A stretch of 64,000 bases of DNA from an uncultured bacterium (GTDB lineage Bacteria; Bacillota; Clostridia; Oscillospirales; CAG-272). Below, piece after piece: positions 27,076 through 35,825 of this stretch (positions within the stretch are counted from its first letter, which is position 1; every line of letters starts with the position of its first letter). The position numbers were made by a program, and so were the translations under genes. Under the pieces are notes generated by a model, which was not told the origin of the DNA, did not search any database, and saw nothing but the letters and a program-made list of their open reading frames with translations. The stretch spans positions 534 to 64,533 of the forward strand of contig CASFDI010000067.1 of assembly GCA_949293405.1 (NCBI GenBank). Direction: 5' to 3'.

Positions 27076-27825
27076 ATGAAGCTTGGTGCACAACTTTACA
27101 CACTCCGCAATCATTGCAAAACGCCCGCCGATATCCGGCAGACCTTCCGCAGAGTCAAGGCGCTGGGATATGAAGTGGTTCAGGTATCCGGCTGCGGCCC
27201 CATTGATGCCAACGAACTCAACGAGATTTCCCTGGAATCCGATCTGCCCATCACCTGTACACACAGCCCGCTGGACCGGATTGTCAATGATACCGACAAA
27301 CTGATTGCCGAACATAAGATCTACCGCTGCCCCGTGATCGGAATCGGCAGCATGCCCAATGAATACCGCGCGTCGGTCGAAGCGTGCCGCGCCTTTATCG
27401 AACTGACACGCGAGCCGCTGAAGAAAATCCGTGCGGCAGGCATGACCCTGACCTATCACAACCATGCATTTGAATTTGCGGATCTGGGCGGGACCGACCT
27501 GTATGAGATCCTGATCGAAGAGTCAGAGCTGGATTTCATCCACGACACCTACTGGTCCACTTTTGCAGGACGCAACCCGATCGACTACATCAAGCGTCTC
27601 AAAGGCAGAATGACCAACATCCACTTCAAGGATATGAGCGCCGAGGAAGGACACCCGATCTGTGCATGCGGAAACGGCGTCATCGATTTTGTCCCGATTA
27701 TTGCGGCATGCCGTGAGGCGGGCATTTCCTACGCGCATGTGGAGCAGGACAACGCCGACAAATTCGGGGATGAGTTCGAACAGATGCAGATCAGTTTCCG
27801 CCACCTCAAGCCCCTGATGGCATAA
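27076..27825 (+). CDS. sugar phosphate isomerase/epimerase (xylose-isomerase-like TIM barrel), copy 1
   Basis: 249 aa. It starts MKLGAQLYTLR and matches the AP-endonuclease-2/IolE-IolI-type TIM barrel pattern. RBS GAGGAGGA. Confidence 0.75.
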   Translation: MKLGAQLYTLRNHCKTPADIRQTFRRVKALGYEVVQVSGCGPIDANELNEISLESDLPITCTHSPLDRIVNDTDKLIAEHKIYRCPVIGIGSMPNEYRASVEACRAFIELTREPLKKIRAAGMTLTYHNHAFEFADLGGTDLYEILIEESELDFIHDTYWSTFAGRNPIDYIKRLKGRMTNIHFKDMSAEEGHPICACGNGVIDFVPIIAACREAGISYAHVEQDNADKFGDEFEQMQISFRHLKPLMA

Positions 27826-27849
27826 CCGGACGGACAAGGAGTACAGCAA

Positions 27850-28731
27850 ATGGCAACATTTATTCTTTCCGCATTTGCGGACGAAGCAGGAAAAGAACTC
27901 TCCGCACAGATTGCGGCACTGCAGCGCAACCGCATCGGATACATCGAGCCGCGCAACATCGGAGGAAAAGGAATCCTGGACCTGACAGACGAGGAGCTGA
28001 ACGCAACGGCGCAGGAGCTGTCCGCGGCAGGCATCCGTGTCAACTCGGTGGGATCCCCGATCGGAAAATACGACATTGACAAGGATTTTGCCCCTCATAT
28101 GGCGCAGTTCGAGCGGGCACTGACGGTGGCGAAACGGCTCGACACCCGTATGATCCGCATGTTCAGTTTCTTTGTTCCTCAGGCAGAACTTGCCGCGCAC
28201 CGCGACGAGGTGATGCGCCGGCTGCGGATCATGCTGGACCGTGCCGCCGAAGAAGGGATCACGCTGTGCCATGAAAACGAATCGCGCATTTACGGACAGA
28301 TGCCCGACCAGGTGGCAGACCTGCTGACCACCCTGCCCGACCTCAAGGGAATCTTTGATCCCGCCAACTACCGCATGAACGGAGCGGATGTGGTCAGAGG
28401 AATGGATGTCACCCTGCCTTCCCTCGCCTACATGCACATCAAGGACGCCATCTTTGACCAGCAGATGATTGTTCCCGCCGGAGAGGGCGAAGGCCATGTT
28501 GCCGAATCGATTGAGCGCGTCCACCGCGCCGTCGACGGGCCGGTATTCCTGACGGTGGAACCGCACCTGAAAACCTTCGCGGCTTATGCCTCAATTGATG
28601 ACCGGGAGCTTAAAGGAAAGTATGTATTCCGCACTTCTGACGAATCATTTGACTTTGCGGTCAATGCGCTGAAAAAAGTACTTACCGACCTGGGATTCCA
28701 TGAAACCGGGCTTGGCAAGTGGGAGAAATAA
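27850..28731 (+). CDS. sugar phosphate isomerase/epimerase (xylose-isomerase-like TIM barrel), copy 2
   Basis: 293 aa with the same fold family pattern (IRMFSFF ... LCHENE ... HIKD). RBS AAGGAG. Confidence 0.7.
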   Translation: MATFILSAFADEAGKELSAQIAALQRNRIGYIEPRNIGGKGILDLTDEELNATAQELSAAGIRVNSVGSPIGKYDIDKDFAPHMAQFERALTVAKRLDTRMIRMFSFFVPQAELAAHRDEVMRRLRIMLDRAAEEGITLCHENESRIYGQMPDQVADLLTTLPDLKGIFDPANYRMNGADVVRGMDVTLPSLAYMHIKDAIFDQQMIVPAGEGEGHVAESIERVHRAVDGPVFLTVEPHLKTFAAYASIDDRELKGKYVFRTSDESFDFAVNALKKVLTDLGFHETGLGKWEK

Positions 28732-28747
28732 GAAAGGAATACGCCTT

Positions 28748-29791
28748 ATGAATACCGACAACCGGAAACTCCGGGTGGCGCTGGTGGGTTGCGGAAGTAT
28801 CAGCGAAAGCCATCTGCGCGCCCTGATTGAGGAAGAGGACCTGAGCATTACCGCCCTGTGCGATATCCGGCGCGAGCGCGCGGAAGACAAAGCCAAGAAA
28901 TATGCTCCTTCCGCCAGGATTTACGGAGACTTCGACCGGATGATGGAGGAATCGGATTTTGATGTGCTGCACATCACGACGCCCCATTATCTGCATGCCC
29001 CGATGGCTATCGCCGCCCTGGCGAAAGACCGGAATGTGTTTCTTGAAAAACCGGCGGCCATTTCGGAAGAGCAGTTGTCCGCCATGCTGAAGGCGGAGGC
29101 CGAAAGCGAAGGACGGATCGCGGTCTGCTTTCAGAACCGTTTCAACACCGCCACCATCCTGGCGGAAAACCTGGTAGCCGAGCACGGCGGCGCGAAGGCG
29201 GCGCGCGGAATGGTCACCTGGTACCGCAGTGAGCCGTATTATACCGAAAGCGGCTGGAGAGGTTCCTATGCCACCGAAGGCGGCGGAGTAATGATCAATC
29301 AGGCGATCCACACCCTGGACCTGATGTTGCAGTTGTGCGGAACACCCGAATCGGTGACCGGCACCATTGCCAACCATCACCTCAAGGGCGTCATTGAAGT
29401 GGAGGACACCTGCGAGTGTCAGATCCGGTTTGCCTCGGGGGCTCAGGGGTTGTTCTTTGCATCCACCGCATTTGCGACTGACGCGCCGGTTTTCCTTGAA
29501 ATCTTCACGCAGGACGGCACGACAGTCACCATCAACGGCGGCAATCTGTACTGCAACGGCGTGCCGGTGGCGGAAAACGCCGCGCACCGGGACGAAAACC
29601 TGCACACGCTCGGCAAGCCGTGCTGGGGCAACGGTCACGGCAAGCTCATTCATATGTATTACGAGGCACTGCGCACCGGCTCTCCCATGCCGGTGACACT
29701 TGCGAGCGCCGCGCCTGCGGTGCAGGTTCTGCTCGCGGCTTATGCCTCCAAGGACCACCCGGTTGTGATCAGCCCCCTGTCCGAAAACTGA
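28748..29791 (+). CDS. Gfo/Idh/MocA-family NAD(P)-dependent oxidoreductase
   Basis: N-terminal Rossmann motif LRVALVGCGSISESH and the family motif EKP (VFLEKPAA). The start is moved to MNTDNRK. Confidence 0.85.
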   Translation: MNTDNRKLRVALVGCGSISESHLRALIEEEDLSITALCDIRRERAEDKAKKYAPSARIYGDFDRMMEESDFDVLHITTPHYLHAPMAIAALAKDRNVFLEKPAAISEEQLSAMLKAEAESEGRIAVCFQNRFNTATILAENLVAEHGGAKAARGMVTWYRSEPYYTESGWRGSYATEGGGVMINQAIHTLDLMLQLCGTPESVTGTIANHHLKGVIEVEDTCECQIRFASGAQGLFFASTAFATDAPVFLEIFTQDGTTVTINGGNLYCNGVPVAENAAHRDENLHTLGKPCWGNGHGKLIHMYYEALRTGSPMPVTLASAAPAVQVLLAAYASKDHPVVISPLSEN

Positions 29792-29809
29792 AGAAAGAAG
29801 GAACAACCT

Positions 29810-30877
29810 ATGAAAATGACATTCCGCTGGTACGGGCCGAACGACCCGGTTACCCTGGATAAAATCAGGCAGATTCCCATGATGACCGGTGTGGTCACCG
29901 CTCTGTACTCCATCCCGGTCGGCGAAGTCTGGGACCGTGAGAGCATTCACAAACTCAAAGATCAGATCAACGCCGCCGGACTGGAAATGGAAGTGATCGA
30001 AAGCGTCCCGGTGCATGAAGACATCAAGATGGGCCTTCCCTCGCGTGACCGGCTGATTGAAAACTACAAGCAGACGGTGCGCAATCTGGGTGAAGCAGGC
30101 GTCAAGGTGATCTGCTACAACTTCATGCCGGTCTTCGACTGGGTGCGCAGTGAACTCAAGTACCGCACGGAAGACGGCTCCAACTGCCTGGCATACAGCC
30201 AGAAAACGATTGATCAGCTGGACCCGCGGCGCCAGTCTCTCTCTCTCCCCGGCTGGGACGAGAGTTATACCAAGGAACAGCTGGCGGGACTGCTGGCGCA
30301 GTATGAATCGGTCAGCCCGGAGAAACTGTTTGACAACCTGGTGTATTTCCTGAAAGCATTGATGCCGGTATGTGAAGCGTGCGATGTGAAGATGGCGATC
30401 CATCCGGATGATCCGCCCTTCTCGCTGTTCGGTCTGCCCAGAATTATATCCACGGAAGAAGGAATTGACCGCCTGTTTGCCGCAGTCAATTCGGTTTATA
30501 ACGGCATTACGCTGTGCACCGGTTCTCTGGGAGCGGGGCTCGGGAACGACCTGGTGCGCATGGCGGGCAAATATGCCGCCATGGGCCGGGTGCATTTCCT
30601 GCACGCCCGCAACATCCGCTTCCTTGACGAAACCAAAGAAGGGCTGTTCTTCCACGAAAGCCCGCATCCCACCTCCTGCGGCTCCCTCGATCTGTACGGA
30701 ATCCTGCGCGCGCTGTATGAGAACGGATTTGACGGTTACACCCGCCCCGACCACGGACGCAACATCTGGGGCGAGGACGGCAGACCGGGATACGGTCTGT
30801 ATGATCGCGCGCTGGGAGCGGTTTATCTCAGCGGTGTCTGGGAAGCACTCGAAAAATCGCTTCCCCGTAAGAAATAA
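29810..30877 (+). CDS. uxuA: mannonate dehydratase
   Basis: The N-terminus MKMTFRWYGPNDPVTL is nearly identical in pattern to E. coli UxuA. 355 aa. Confidence 0.9.
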   Translation: MKMTFRWYGPNDPVTLDKIRQIPMMTGVVTALYSIPVGEVWDRESIHKLKDQINAAGLEMEVIESVPVHEDIKMGLPSRDRLIENYKQTVRNLGEAGVKVICYNFMPVFDWVRSELKYRTEDGSNCLAYSQKTIDQLDPRRQSLSLPGWDESYTKEQLAGLLAQYESVSPEKLFDNLVYFLKALMPVCEACDVKMAIHPDDPPFSLFGLPRIISTEEGIDRLFAAVNSVYNGITLCTGSLGAGLGNDLVRMAGKYAAMGRVHFLHARNIRFLDETKEGLFFHESPHPTSCGSLDLYGILRALYENGFDGYTRPDHGRNIWGEDGRPGYGLYDRALGAVYLSGVWEALEKSLPRKK

Positions 30878-30895
30878 GAAAGGAAAACGGTAACA

Positions 30896-31750
30896 ATGAA
30901 ACTGCCTTTTCAAATTGATCTGACCGGGAAAGTTGCGGTCGTCACAGGCGGCGGCGGCGTTCTCTGCTCGGAATTTTCTCATGCATTGGCTGCCTGCGGT
31001 GCGCGTGTCGCGGTGCTGGATCTGAATCTTGAAGCAGCCGAAAAAGTTGCGGAAGCAATCCGCAAAGAGGGCGGCGCTGCGATCGCCGTCAAAGCGAACT
31101 GCCTGGACAAGGACTCCCTGCTGCAGGCAAAAGCAGAAGTCGACCGTACATACGGTGCATGTGATATCCTGATCAACGGCGCCGGCGGAAATAATCCGCG
31201 CGCCACCACCGACAATGAGTATTTTGACATGGAGACGCTGACCGATGACGCAAAGAAATCCTTCTTTGATCTGACGGCCGACGGCATCCGGTTTGTCTTT
31301 GACCTGAATGTCACCGCCGCATTCCTCACCACACAGGTCTTTGCCCTGGATATGGCGAAGAGCGGCAAGGGTGGCAATATTCTCAACATTTCCTCCATGA
31401 ACGCCTACCGTCCGCTGACCAAGATCCCGGCCTACAGCGCCGCCAAAGCCGCAGTCTCCAACTTCACTCAGTGGCTGGCAGTTCACTTTGCCGGTGCGGG
31501 GATCCGCGTCAATGCGATCGCTCCCGGCTTCTTCGTCACCAATCAGAACCGCGCGCTGCTTTTCCGGGAAGACGGCACCCCTACCCCGCGCACCGATAAG
31601 ATTCTTGCCGGCACGCCCATGCGCCGCTTCGGCGAATCCTGCGAGTTGCTGGGCGCACTGCTGTACCTGCTCTCGGATGCTGCCGCAGGATTTGTCACCG
31701 GGGTTGTGCTGCCGGTTGACGGCGGGTTCGCCGCTTACTCCGGAGTCTGA
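30896..31750 (+). CDS. SDR-family oxidoreductase (short-chain-type D-mannonate/fructuronate reductase-like)
   Basis: TGGGGVLC cofactor motif, catalytic YSAAK, and position directly after uxuA. Confidence 0.7.
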   Translation: MKLPFQIDLTGKVAVVTGGGGVLCSEFSHALAACGARVAVLDLNLEAAEKVAEAIRKEGGAAIAVKANCLDKDSLLQAKAEVDRTYGACDILINGAGGNNPRATTDNEYFDMETLTDDAKKSFFDLTADGIRFVFDLNVTAAFLTTQVFALDMAKSGKGGNILNISSMNAYRPLTKIPAYSAAKAAVSNFTQWLAVHFAGAGIRVNAIAPGFFVTNQNRALLFREDGTPTPRTDKILAGTPMRRFGESCELLGALLYLLSDAAAGFVTGVVLPVDGGFAAYSGV

Positions 31751-31947
31751 GTCCCGGACACCCAGATACCGGTTCCGCTACGGAACAGCCACGCCCAGAA
31801 CGGACGGCGTCCGGCAAAGAGCCGGACGCCGTCCGCTTTACAGCACTTTGACAGTACCTGCGTTTTCTGCTGCAATTTCCGCATTTCTTATACAATTATC
31901 ACAGAGAGACAGCAGCGATCGGGTGTCAAATTCTGTCAAGTGTCCCA

Positions 31948-31976
31948 TTGACGGACGGATGCCATTCTGTTATAAT
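31948..31976 (+). promoter_or_regulatory. sigma-A-type promoter of the TPP riboswitch-thiT unit
   Basis: TTGACG (31948-31953), a 17-nt spacer and TATAAT (31971-31976). Confidence 0.7.
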
Positions 31977-32004
31977 GATAGACAACAAAACAGCAAACTG
32001 CAGT

Positions 32005-32189
32005 CATTGTCAAGTCAGGGGTGCGCTCCGGCGCTGAGACAGGCTCCGCCTGAACCCTTCGTACCTGATACGGATCATGCCGTCGTAGGGAGATTTTGCA
32101 GCAGATACCGGGAGGCTCCGCTGGGTGAGGGCGTGCCTGCCGTATCTTCCGGAACTTCAACCGCACGGTGACCGTGCGGTTTTCTGTTT
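32005..32189 (+). promoter_or_regulatory. TPP (THI-box) riboswitch with terminator expression platform
   Basis: Conserved elements GGGGTGC, CTGAGA, ACCCTT and ACCTGATACGGATCATGCCGTCGTAGGGA. The terminator is AACCGCACGG-tga-CCGTGCGGTT followed by TTCTGTTT (32159-32189). Confidence 0.9.
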
Positions 32190-32213
32190 ATACAGAAAAG
32201 AGGAGGTTCCTTT

Positions 32214-32909
32214 ATGTTATCCGCAAAGACACAGCGCTTTTCCTCGCAGAGTCTGGTCACCAGACTGACCGTTTCCGCCATGATGATCGCACTCGCCACG
32301 GTCATCAACTTCGTATGTATGCTGATCCCCTTTCTGAATCTGCCGTTCGGCGGCGGCTTCACCATCGGCAGCATGCTGCCCATCGTGCTCATCGCTTATC
32401 TCTACGGCATTCCGTGGGGTGCAGTTTCTGCCCTTGTTTATTCCGTCATTCAGCTTTTGTTCGGTCTGACATCGGTGGTGATTCCTCTGTTTACGCCCAC
32501 TGATGAATCGTATATGGGCATTGCTTCCGCAATTCTGATCTGTCTGATTGACTACATTCTGGCCTATACCGTGCTCTGCATCGGCGGTGTCTTCCGCAAG
32601 AGCGGCTTCTCCAATGCCAAGGCGCTGTGCCTGGGCAGCATCCTTGCCCTGGCGGCCCGCTATGTCTGCCATATTTTCTCGGGTGCAATCTTTTACGGAC
32701 TGTGGGCGGAATGGTTCTTCGGTCAGGAAGGCTTCCCTCTCGGCCAATACATCCTCAGCCATATCTCGGGCTGGCAGCTCTCTCTGCTCTATTCGATTGT
32801 TTACAACGGTCTTTACATGATTCCGGAAATCGTCATCACTGCGATTCTTGCCGTGGTGGTTGCCAGAATTCCGCAGGTCCGGCCCTACAACGTCCAGAGC
32901 CTTTCTTGA
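32214..32909 (+). CDS. thiT: ECF-transporter S component for thiamine
   Basis: 231-aa six-TM protein with a ThiT-like layout, directly downstream of the TPP riboswitch. RBS AGGAGG. No EcfAA'T genes lie nearby. Confidence 0.8.
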   Translation: MLSAKTQRFSSQSLVTRLTVSAMMIALATVINFVCMLIPFLNLPFGGGFTIGSMLPIVLIAYLYGIPWGAVSALVYSVIQLLFGLTSVVIPLFTPTDESYMGIASAILICLIDYILAYTVLCIGGVFRKSGFSNAKALCLGSILALAARYVCHIFSGAIFYGLWAEWFFGQEGFPLGQYILSHISGWQLSLLYSIVYNGLYMIPEIVITAILAVVVARIPQVRPYNVQSLS

Positions 32910-32934
32910 CAAACGCAGCCCGATGTGCTATACT
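32906..32934 (+). promoter_or_regulatory. sigma-A-type promoter (extended -10) of rnpB
   Basis: TTGACA (32906-32911, overlapping the thiT stop codon), a 17-nt spacer and TGcTATACT (TATACT at 32929-32934). Confidence 0.7.
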
Positions 32935-32937
32935 GAA

Positions 32938-33320
32938 TGCGTCGGAAGACGGCGCGGTCGCGCGGTATGGTGCCGAAAGGTATTACCGTGAGGAAAGTCC
33001 GGGCTTCACAGGGTAAGGATAACGGATAACATCCGCCGAGGGTAACCTCAGGGAGAGTGCAACAGAAATATACCGCCGGCTCAGGCCGGTAAGGGTGGAA
33101 CGGCGAGGTAAGAGCTCACCGGGTCTTCCGGTAACGGTTGACCCCTGTAAACCCTATCCGAAGCAACGCCTGCGGGAGAGCCGAAAGGTTGCGGTACCCG
33201 CCGAAATCCTGCTGGCGGCAGGAGGCATGCCTCCGAGCCATCCGGTGACGGGTGGCAAAGATAGATGATCGCGGTTCGCATATGCGTTCACAGAACCCGG
33301 CTTACATGTTTTCCGACATT
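32938..33320 (+). ncRNA. rnpB: RNase P RNA (bacterial, type A-like)
   Basis: Universal blocks GAGGAAAGTCCGGGC (about 32989), GGTAAGAGCTCACC and ACAGAACCCGGCTTA (about 33291). P1 pairs GTCGGAA (32941-) with TTCCGAC (-33317). Confidence 0.92.
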
Positions 33321-33323
33321 CTT

Positions 33324-33356
33324 GGGGGTGTGCATCTGCACACCCCTCCTTTTTTG
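33324..33356 (+). terminator. intrinsic terminator after rnpB
   Basis: GGGGTGTGCA-tc-TGCACACCCC followed by TCCTTTTTT. Confidence 0.85.
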
Positions 33357-33463
33357 CTCCGGCGCTTCCCCTCTGCCGCAAGAGCATGCGGCAGGCCCCT
33401 TGCCACATCCCGGTCCGGCTATCGGATACCGGTCAGGACAGAATCGGGAGTGCCGGACGGTGC

Positions 33464-33492
33464 TTGACATTCCGCTGAAAATAAGGTATACT
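33464..33492 (+). promoter_or_regulatory. sigma-A-type promoter of rubrerythrin
   Basis: TTGACA (33464-33469), a 17-nt spacer and TATACT (33487-33492). Confidence 0.65.
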
Positions 33493-33550
33493 GACCTTGG
33501 AGTGTCCCGCAGGCATGACGGGATCCAGAAAGAACAGAGGAGGACGGATC

Positions 33551-34090
33551 ATGGAACTCAAAGGATCAAAAACCGAAGCCAACCTTGCAGCCGCATTTGC
33601 CGGCGAATCCCAGGCACACACCAAATACCTCTACTACGCCTCCAAAGCGAAAAAAGACGGCTATGAACAGATTGCGGACCTGTTTACCGAAACCGCGCTC
33701 AATGAAAAGGAACACGCCAAGATCTGGTTCAAACTGCTCCACGGCGGAGCGGTTCCCGCCACGACCGAAAATCTGGTGGACGCCGCGGCAGGCGAACACT
33801 ACGAGTGGACCGACATGTATGCCGATTTTGCAAAACAGGCACGCGAAGAAGGTTTCTCCCATATTGCGGCCCTGTTTGAAATGGTGGGCAAAATAGAGAA
33901 AGAACACGAAGAACGCTATCGCAAACTGCTGCACAACATCAATGAAGGCCTGGTGTTCTCCAAAGAGGGCGACACCGTCTGGCAGTGCCGCAACTGCGGG
34001 CATATTGTCATCGGGAAGACGGCGCCCGAGGTGTGCCCCGTGTGCGAGCACCCGCAATCGTTCTTCCAGGTCCGTGCCGAAAATTACTGA
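33551..34090 (+). CDS. rbr: rubrerythrin
   Basis: Ferritin-like diiron domain ([13 protein letters not shown] ... EKEHAKIW ... EGEHYEW ... EKEHEERY) plus a C-terminal rubredoxin (CRNCGH ... CPVCEH). RBS GAGGAGGA. Confidence 0.92.
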   Translation: MELKGSKTEANLAAAFAGESQAHTKYLYYASKAKKDGYEQIADLFTETALNEKEHAKIWFKLLHGGAVPATTENLVDAAAGEHYEWTDMYADFAKQAREEGFSHIAALFEMVGKIEKEHEERYRKLLHNINEGLVFSKEGDTVWQCRNCGHIVIGKTAPEVCPVCEHPQSFFQVRAENY

Positions 34091-34146
34091 TTGGCAGCGG
34101 ATACGGATGCGTAAACAGGTTCCTGCCGCTTCCGATCCCCCTGCCC

Positions 34147-34182
34147 GCGCGGCGGTGCTCCGGCACCGCCGCGCATTCTGTT
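34147..34182 (+). terminator. probable terminator after rbr (weak U-tract)
   Basis: 12-bp stem GCGCGGCGGTGC/GCACCGCCGCGC with loop TCCG, then ATTCTGTT. Confidence 0.55.
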
Positions 34183-34289
34183 GATGCGTGCCCGGTGGAA
34201 ACGGCCGAAATATCCGGAAACCACCCGGAGCACCATACTGCTTTTTTCACCGGATGGAGCGTCTCAATTGTGAATTTTCCGTGCTGTTG

Positions 34290-34318
34290 TTGCAAAAAGA
34301 AGCGTTTTGGATTATAAT
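34290..34318 (+). promoter_or_regulatory. sigma-A-type promoter of murD
   Basis: TTGCAA (34290-34295), a 17-nt spacer and TATAAT (34313-34318). Confidence 0.6.
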
Positions 34319-34397
34319 AGTATTGTCGTATTTTTTTCGCAATTCTTTGTCTTCTGTGTTCGTCGGTTGTTTGCCCGCCGGGTAATGGAGTGGATCT

Positions 34398-35765
34398 ATG
34401 AACCTGTCTGTCGATTTTCAGAGAGCCGCCGTGGTCGGCCTCGGCGTATCCAATCTTCCGCTGCTTGATCTGCTGCCCCGGCTGGGGGTACAGGTGAGCG
34501 CACGCGACCGGCGCACCCGCGACCGGCTTTCGTTCGATCCCACGCCGTATGAGGCGCGCGGTGTCCGTTTTCTGCTGGGGGAAGGCTACCTCGACGGACT
34601 GGAAGAAACCGTATTCCGGGCACCCGCGTTGCGTCCCGATCTGCCCGCGTTTGCCGGACACCGGGTCACAACGGATATTGCCTTCTTTCTGGAGCGGACC
34701 GATGCTACGGTCTATGCCGTCACGGGGAGCGACGGAAAGACCACCACGGTTACGCTGACCGGTCTGCTGCTGAAAGAAGAAGGAGCTCCCACCTGCGGAA
34801 ATATCGGAGTCTCTCCGCTCGCCCTGTATGACCGCACCGGTCCGGGCGATCCGGTGGCACTGGAACTGTCCAGTTTTCAGTTGATGACCCCTCTGCCGCC
34901 GGTAGACACCGCCGTGATCACCAATATTACCGAGAATCATCTCAACTGGCACCATGACATGGAGGAGTACATCCGGGCGAAAGCTTCCCTGCTTCGCGGC
35001 GCCCGGCGCGCAGTGCTCAATGCGGACTGCCCGCTGACCGCATCACTCGCTCCTGCCGGGACGGAAACCGTATGGTTTACGCTTGCTGCCGACCCTGCCC
35101 CGGTTTTTTCCGCGCATGCCGGACAGACCGTTCTGTATACGGCGCAAGACGCGATCCGGATCCGGACCGGCACATCCGATCGGGAGATCCTCCCGGCCGG
35201 ACTGTTCCGTCTGCCCGGGCGGTTCAATCTTGCCAATCTGATGGCGGCATACGCAGCCTCCATGGAGCGTTGCACACCGGAGCGTCTGCTCCGGGTCGCG
35301 GCCGCCTTCCGCGGCGTGCCGCACCGCCTGTCCCTGGTGGGAACCGGCAACGGGGTGCGTTACTTTGACAGTTCGATCGACTCGACCCCCTCCCGCACCG
35401 CCGCAACCCTGTCTGCCTTCACCACGCCGCCGGTTGTCATCTGCGGCGGTGCCGGGAAAGGACTCTCCTACCTGCCGCTTGCCAAAGCGCTGTCCCGTGG
35501 GGCGCGTGCGGTGGTGCTGACCGGAGCGGACGCGGACGCCATGGCAGACGCACTGCGGGCCATCGGTACCGGAATACCGGTCCGGCGCGCCGCCGATCTT
35601 GCAGAAGCCGTGTCGGTCGCCGCTTCTCTGGCGGTCCCGGGCACGGATGTCCTGCTCTCCCCGGCTGCCACCAGTTTTGACGCTTACAGCGATTACCGGG
35701 CGCGGGGGGATCACTTTGCCGCCCTGGTAAAGCGCCTGTGCGCAGAGACCGGCACCCCGACATAA
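34398..35765 (+). CDS. murD: UDP-N-acetylmuramoyl-L-alanine--D-glutamate ligase
   Basis: Mur ligase P-loop VTGSDGKTTT and MurD-like length and N-terminal Rossmann region. No mraY/ftsW lie adjacent. Confidence 0.85.
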   Translation: MNLSVDFQRAAVVGLGVSNLPLLDLLPRLGVQVSARDRRTRDRLSFDPTPYEARGVRFLLGEGYLDGLEETVFRAPALRPDLPAFAGHRVTTDIAFFLERTDATVYAVTGSDGKTTTVTLTGLLLKEEGAPTCGNIGVSPLALYDRTGPGDPVALELSSFQLMTPLPPVDTAVITNITENHLNWHHDMEEYIRAKASLLRGARRAVLNADCPLTASLAPAGTETVWFTLAADPAPVFSAHAGQTVLYTAQDAIRIRTGTSDREILPAGLFRLPGRFNLANLMAAYAASMERCTPERLLRVAAAFRGVPHRLSLVGTGNGVRYFDSSIDSTPSRTAATLSAFTTPPVVICGGAGKGLSYLPLAKALSRGARAVVLTGADADAMADALRAIGTGIPVRRAADLAEAVSVAASLAVPGTDVLLSPAATSFDAYSDYRARGDHFAALVKRLCAETGTPT

Positions 35766-35825
35766 AACATAAAGGCAGAACAAGAAAAACAAGCAAAAAA
35801 CATAAGGAAAGATCAATACACCATC

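Noticed and set aside
27076-29791. I considered calling the TIM-barrel/TIM-barrel/Gfo-Idh-MocA trio a DgpA/DgpBC-type C-glycoside deglycosidase system.
   Set aside because: I cannot support it from the sequence alone. As far as I recall, the known C-deglycosidase has one large and one much smaller subunit, whereas these are 249 and 293 aa. The linkage to uxuA/uxuB points elsewhere. I kept it only as one alternative within the broader finding.
28682-31486. A 934-aa uninterrupted ORF on the minus strand, spanning three plus-strand genes and their intergenic gaps.
   Set aside because: It is antisense to genes with clear family signatures (Gfo/Idh/MocA, UxuA, SDR). It has no RBS or recognisable motifs, and its composition is the Gly/Arg/Ala/Val-rich pattern typical of shadow frames in GC-rich coding DNA.
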